15,165 nucleotides of DNA from a candidate division WOR-3 bacterium (GTDB lineage: Bacteria > Hydrothermota > Tepidihabitantia > SM23-42 > JAOAFX01), in contig JBDRWI010000056.1 of NCBI GenBank assembly GCA_039802265.1, positions 1 to 15,165 of the forward strand, read 5' to 3'. The notes below the pieces were generated by a model. That model was not told the origin of the DNA. It did not search any database and was given only the letters and a program-made list of their open reading frames with translations. The first letter of the stretch is position 1; each line of letters starts with the position of its first letter. Shown here piece after piece: positions 15,165 to 15,165 of the stretch. The translations under genes and the position numbers were made by a program.

Positions 15165-15165
15165 A

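Overview
Bacterial chromosomal window, probably from an FCB-type or candidate-phylum organism (inferred from a T9SS-like C-terminal sorting domain). Nearly all genes are on the minus strand. In transcription order: 3' end of gyrA/parC, dCMP deaminase, asnA, HAD phosphatase, lipoprotein, M6 metalloprotease, orphan histidine kinase, then tldD, TPR lipoprotein, pyrK, pyrD, pyrF, pyrE and an MFS transporter. The only + strand gene is a RAYT-like HUH/Y1 tyrosine transposase with a C-terminal HTH, bracketed exactly by perfect 26-bp terminal inverted repeats (107-132 / 1029-1054). Two intergenic hubs (~1230-1545 and ~13965-14201) are packed with small palindromic elements from several distinct families, two of which occur in both hubs. 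A relative of the GTAG REP sits between asnA and the HAD gene, and a heptamer-repeat palindrome lies in frame inside the TPR lipoprotein signal peptide. No rRNA, tRNA or CRISPR array was seen.
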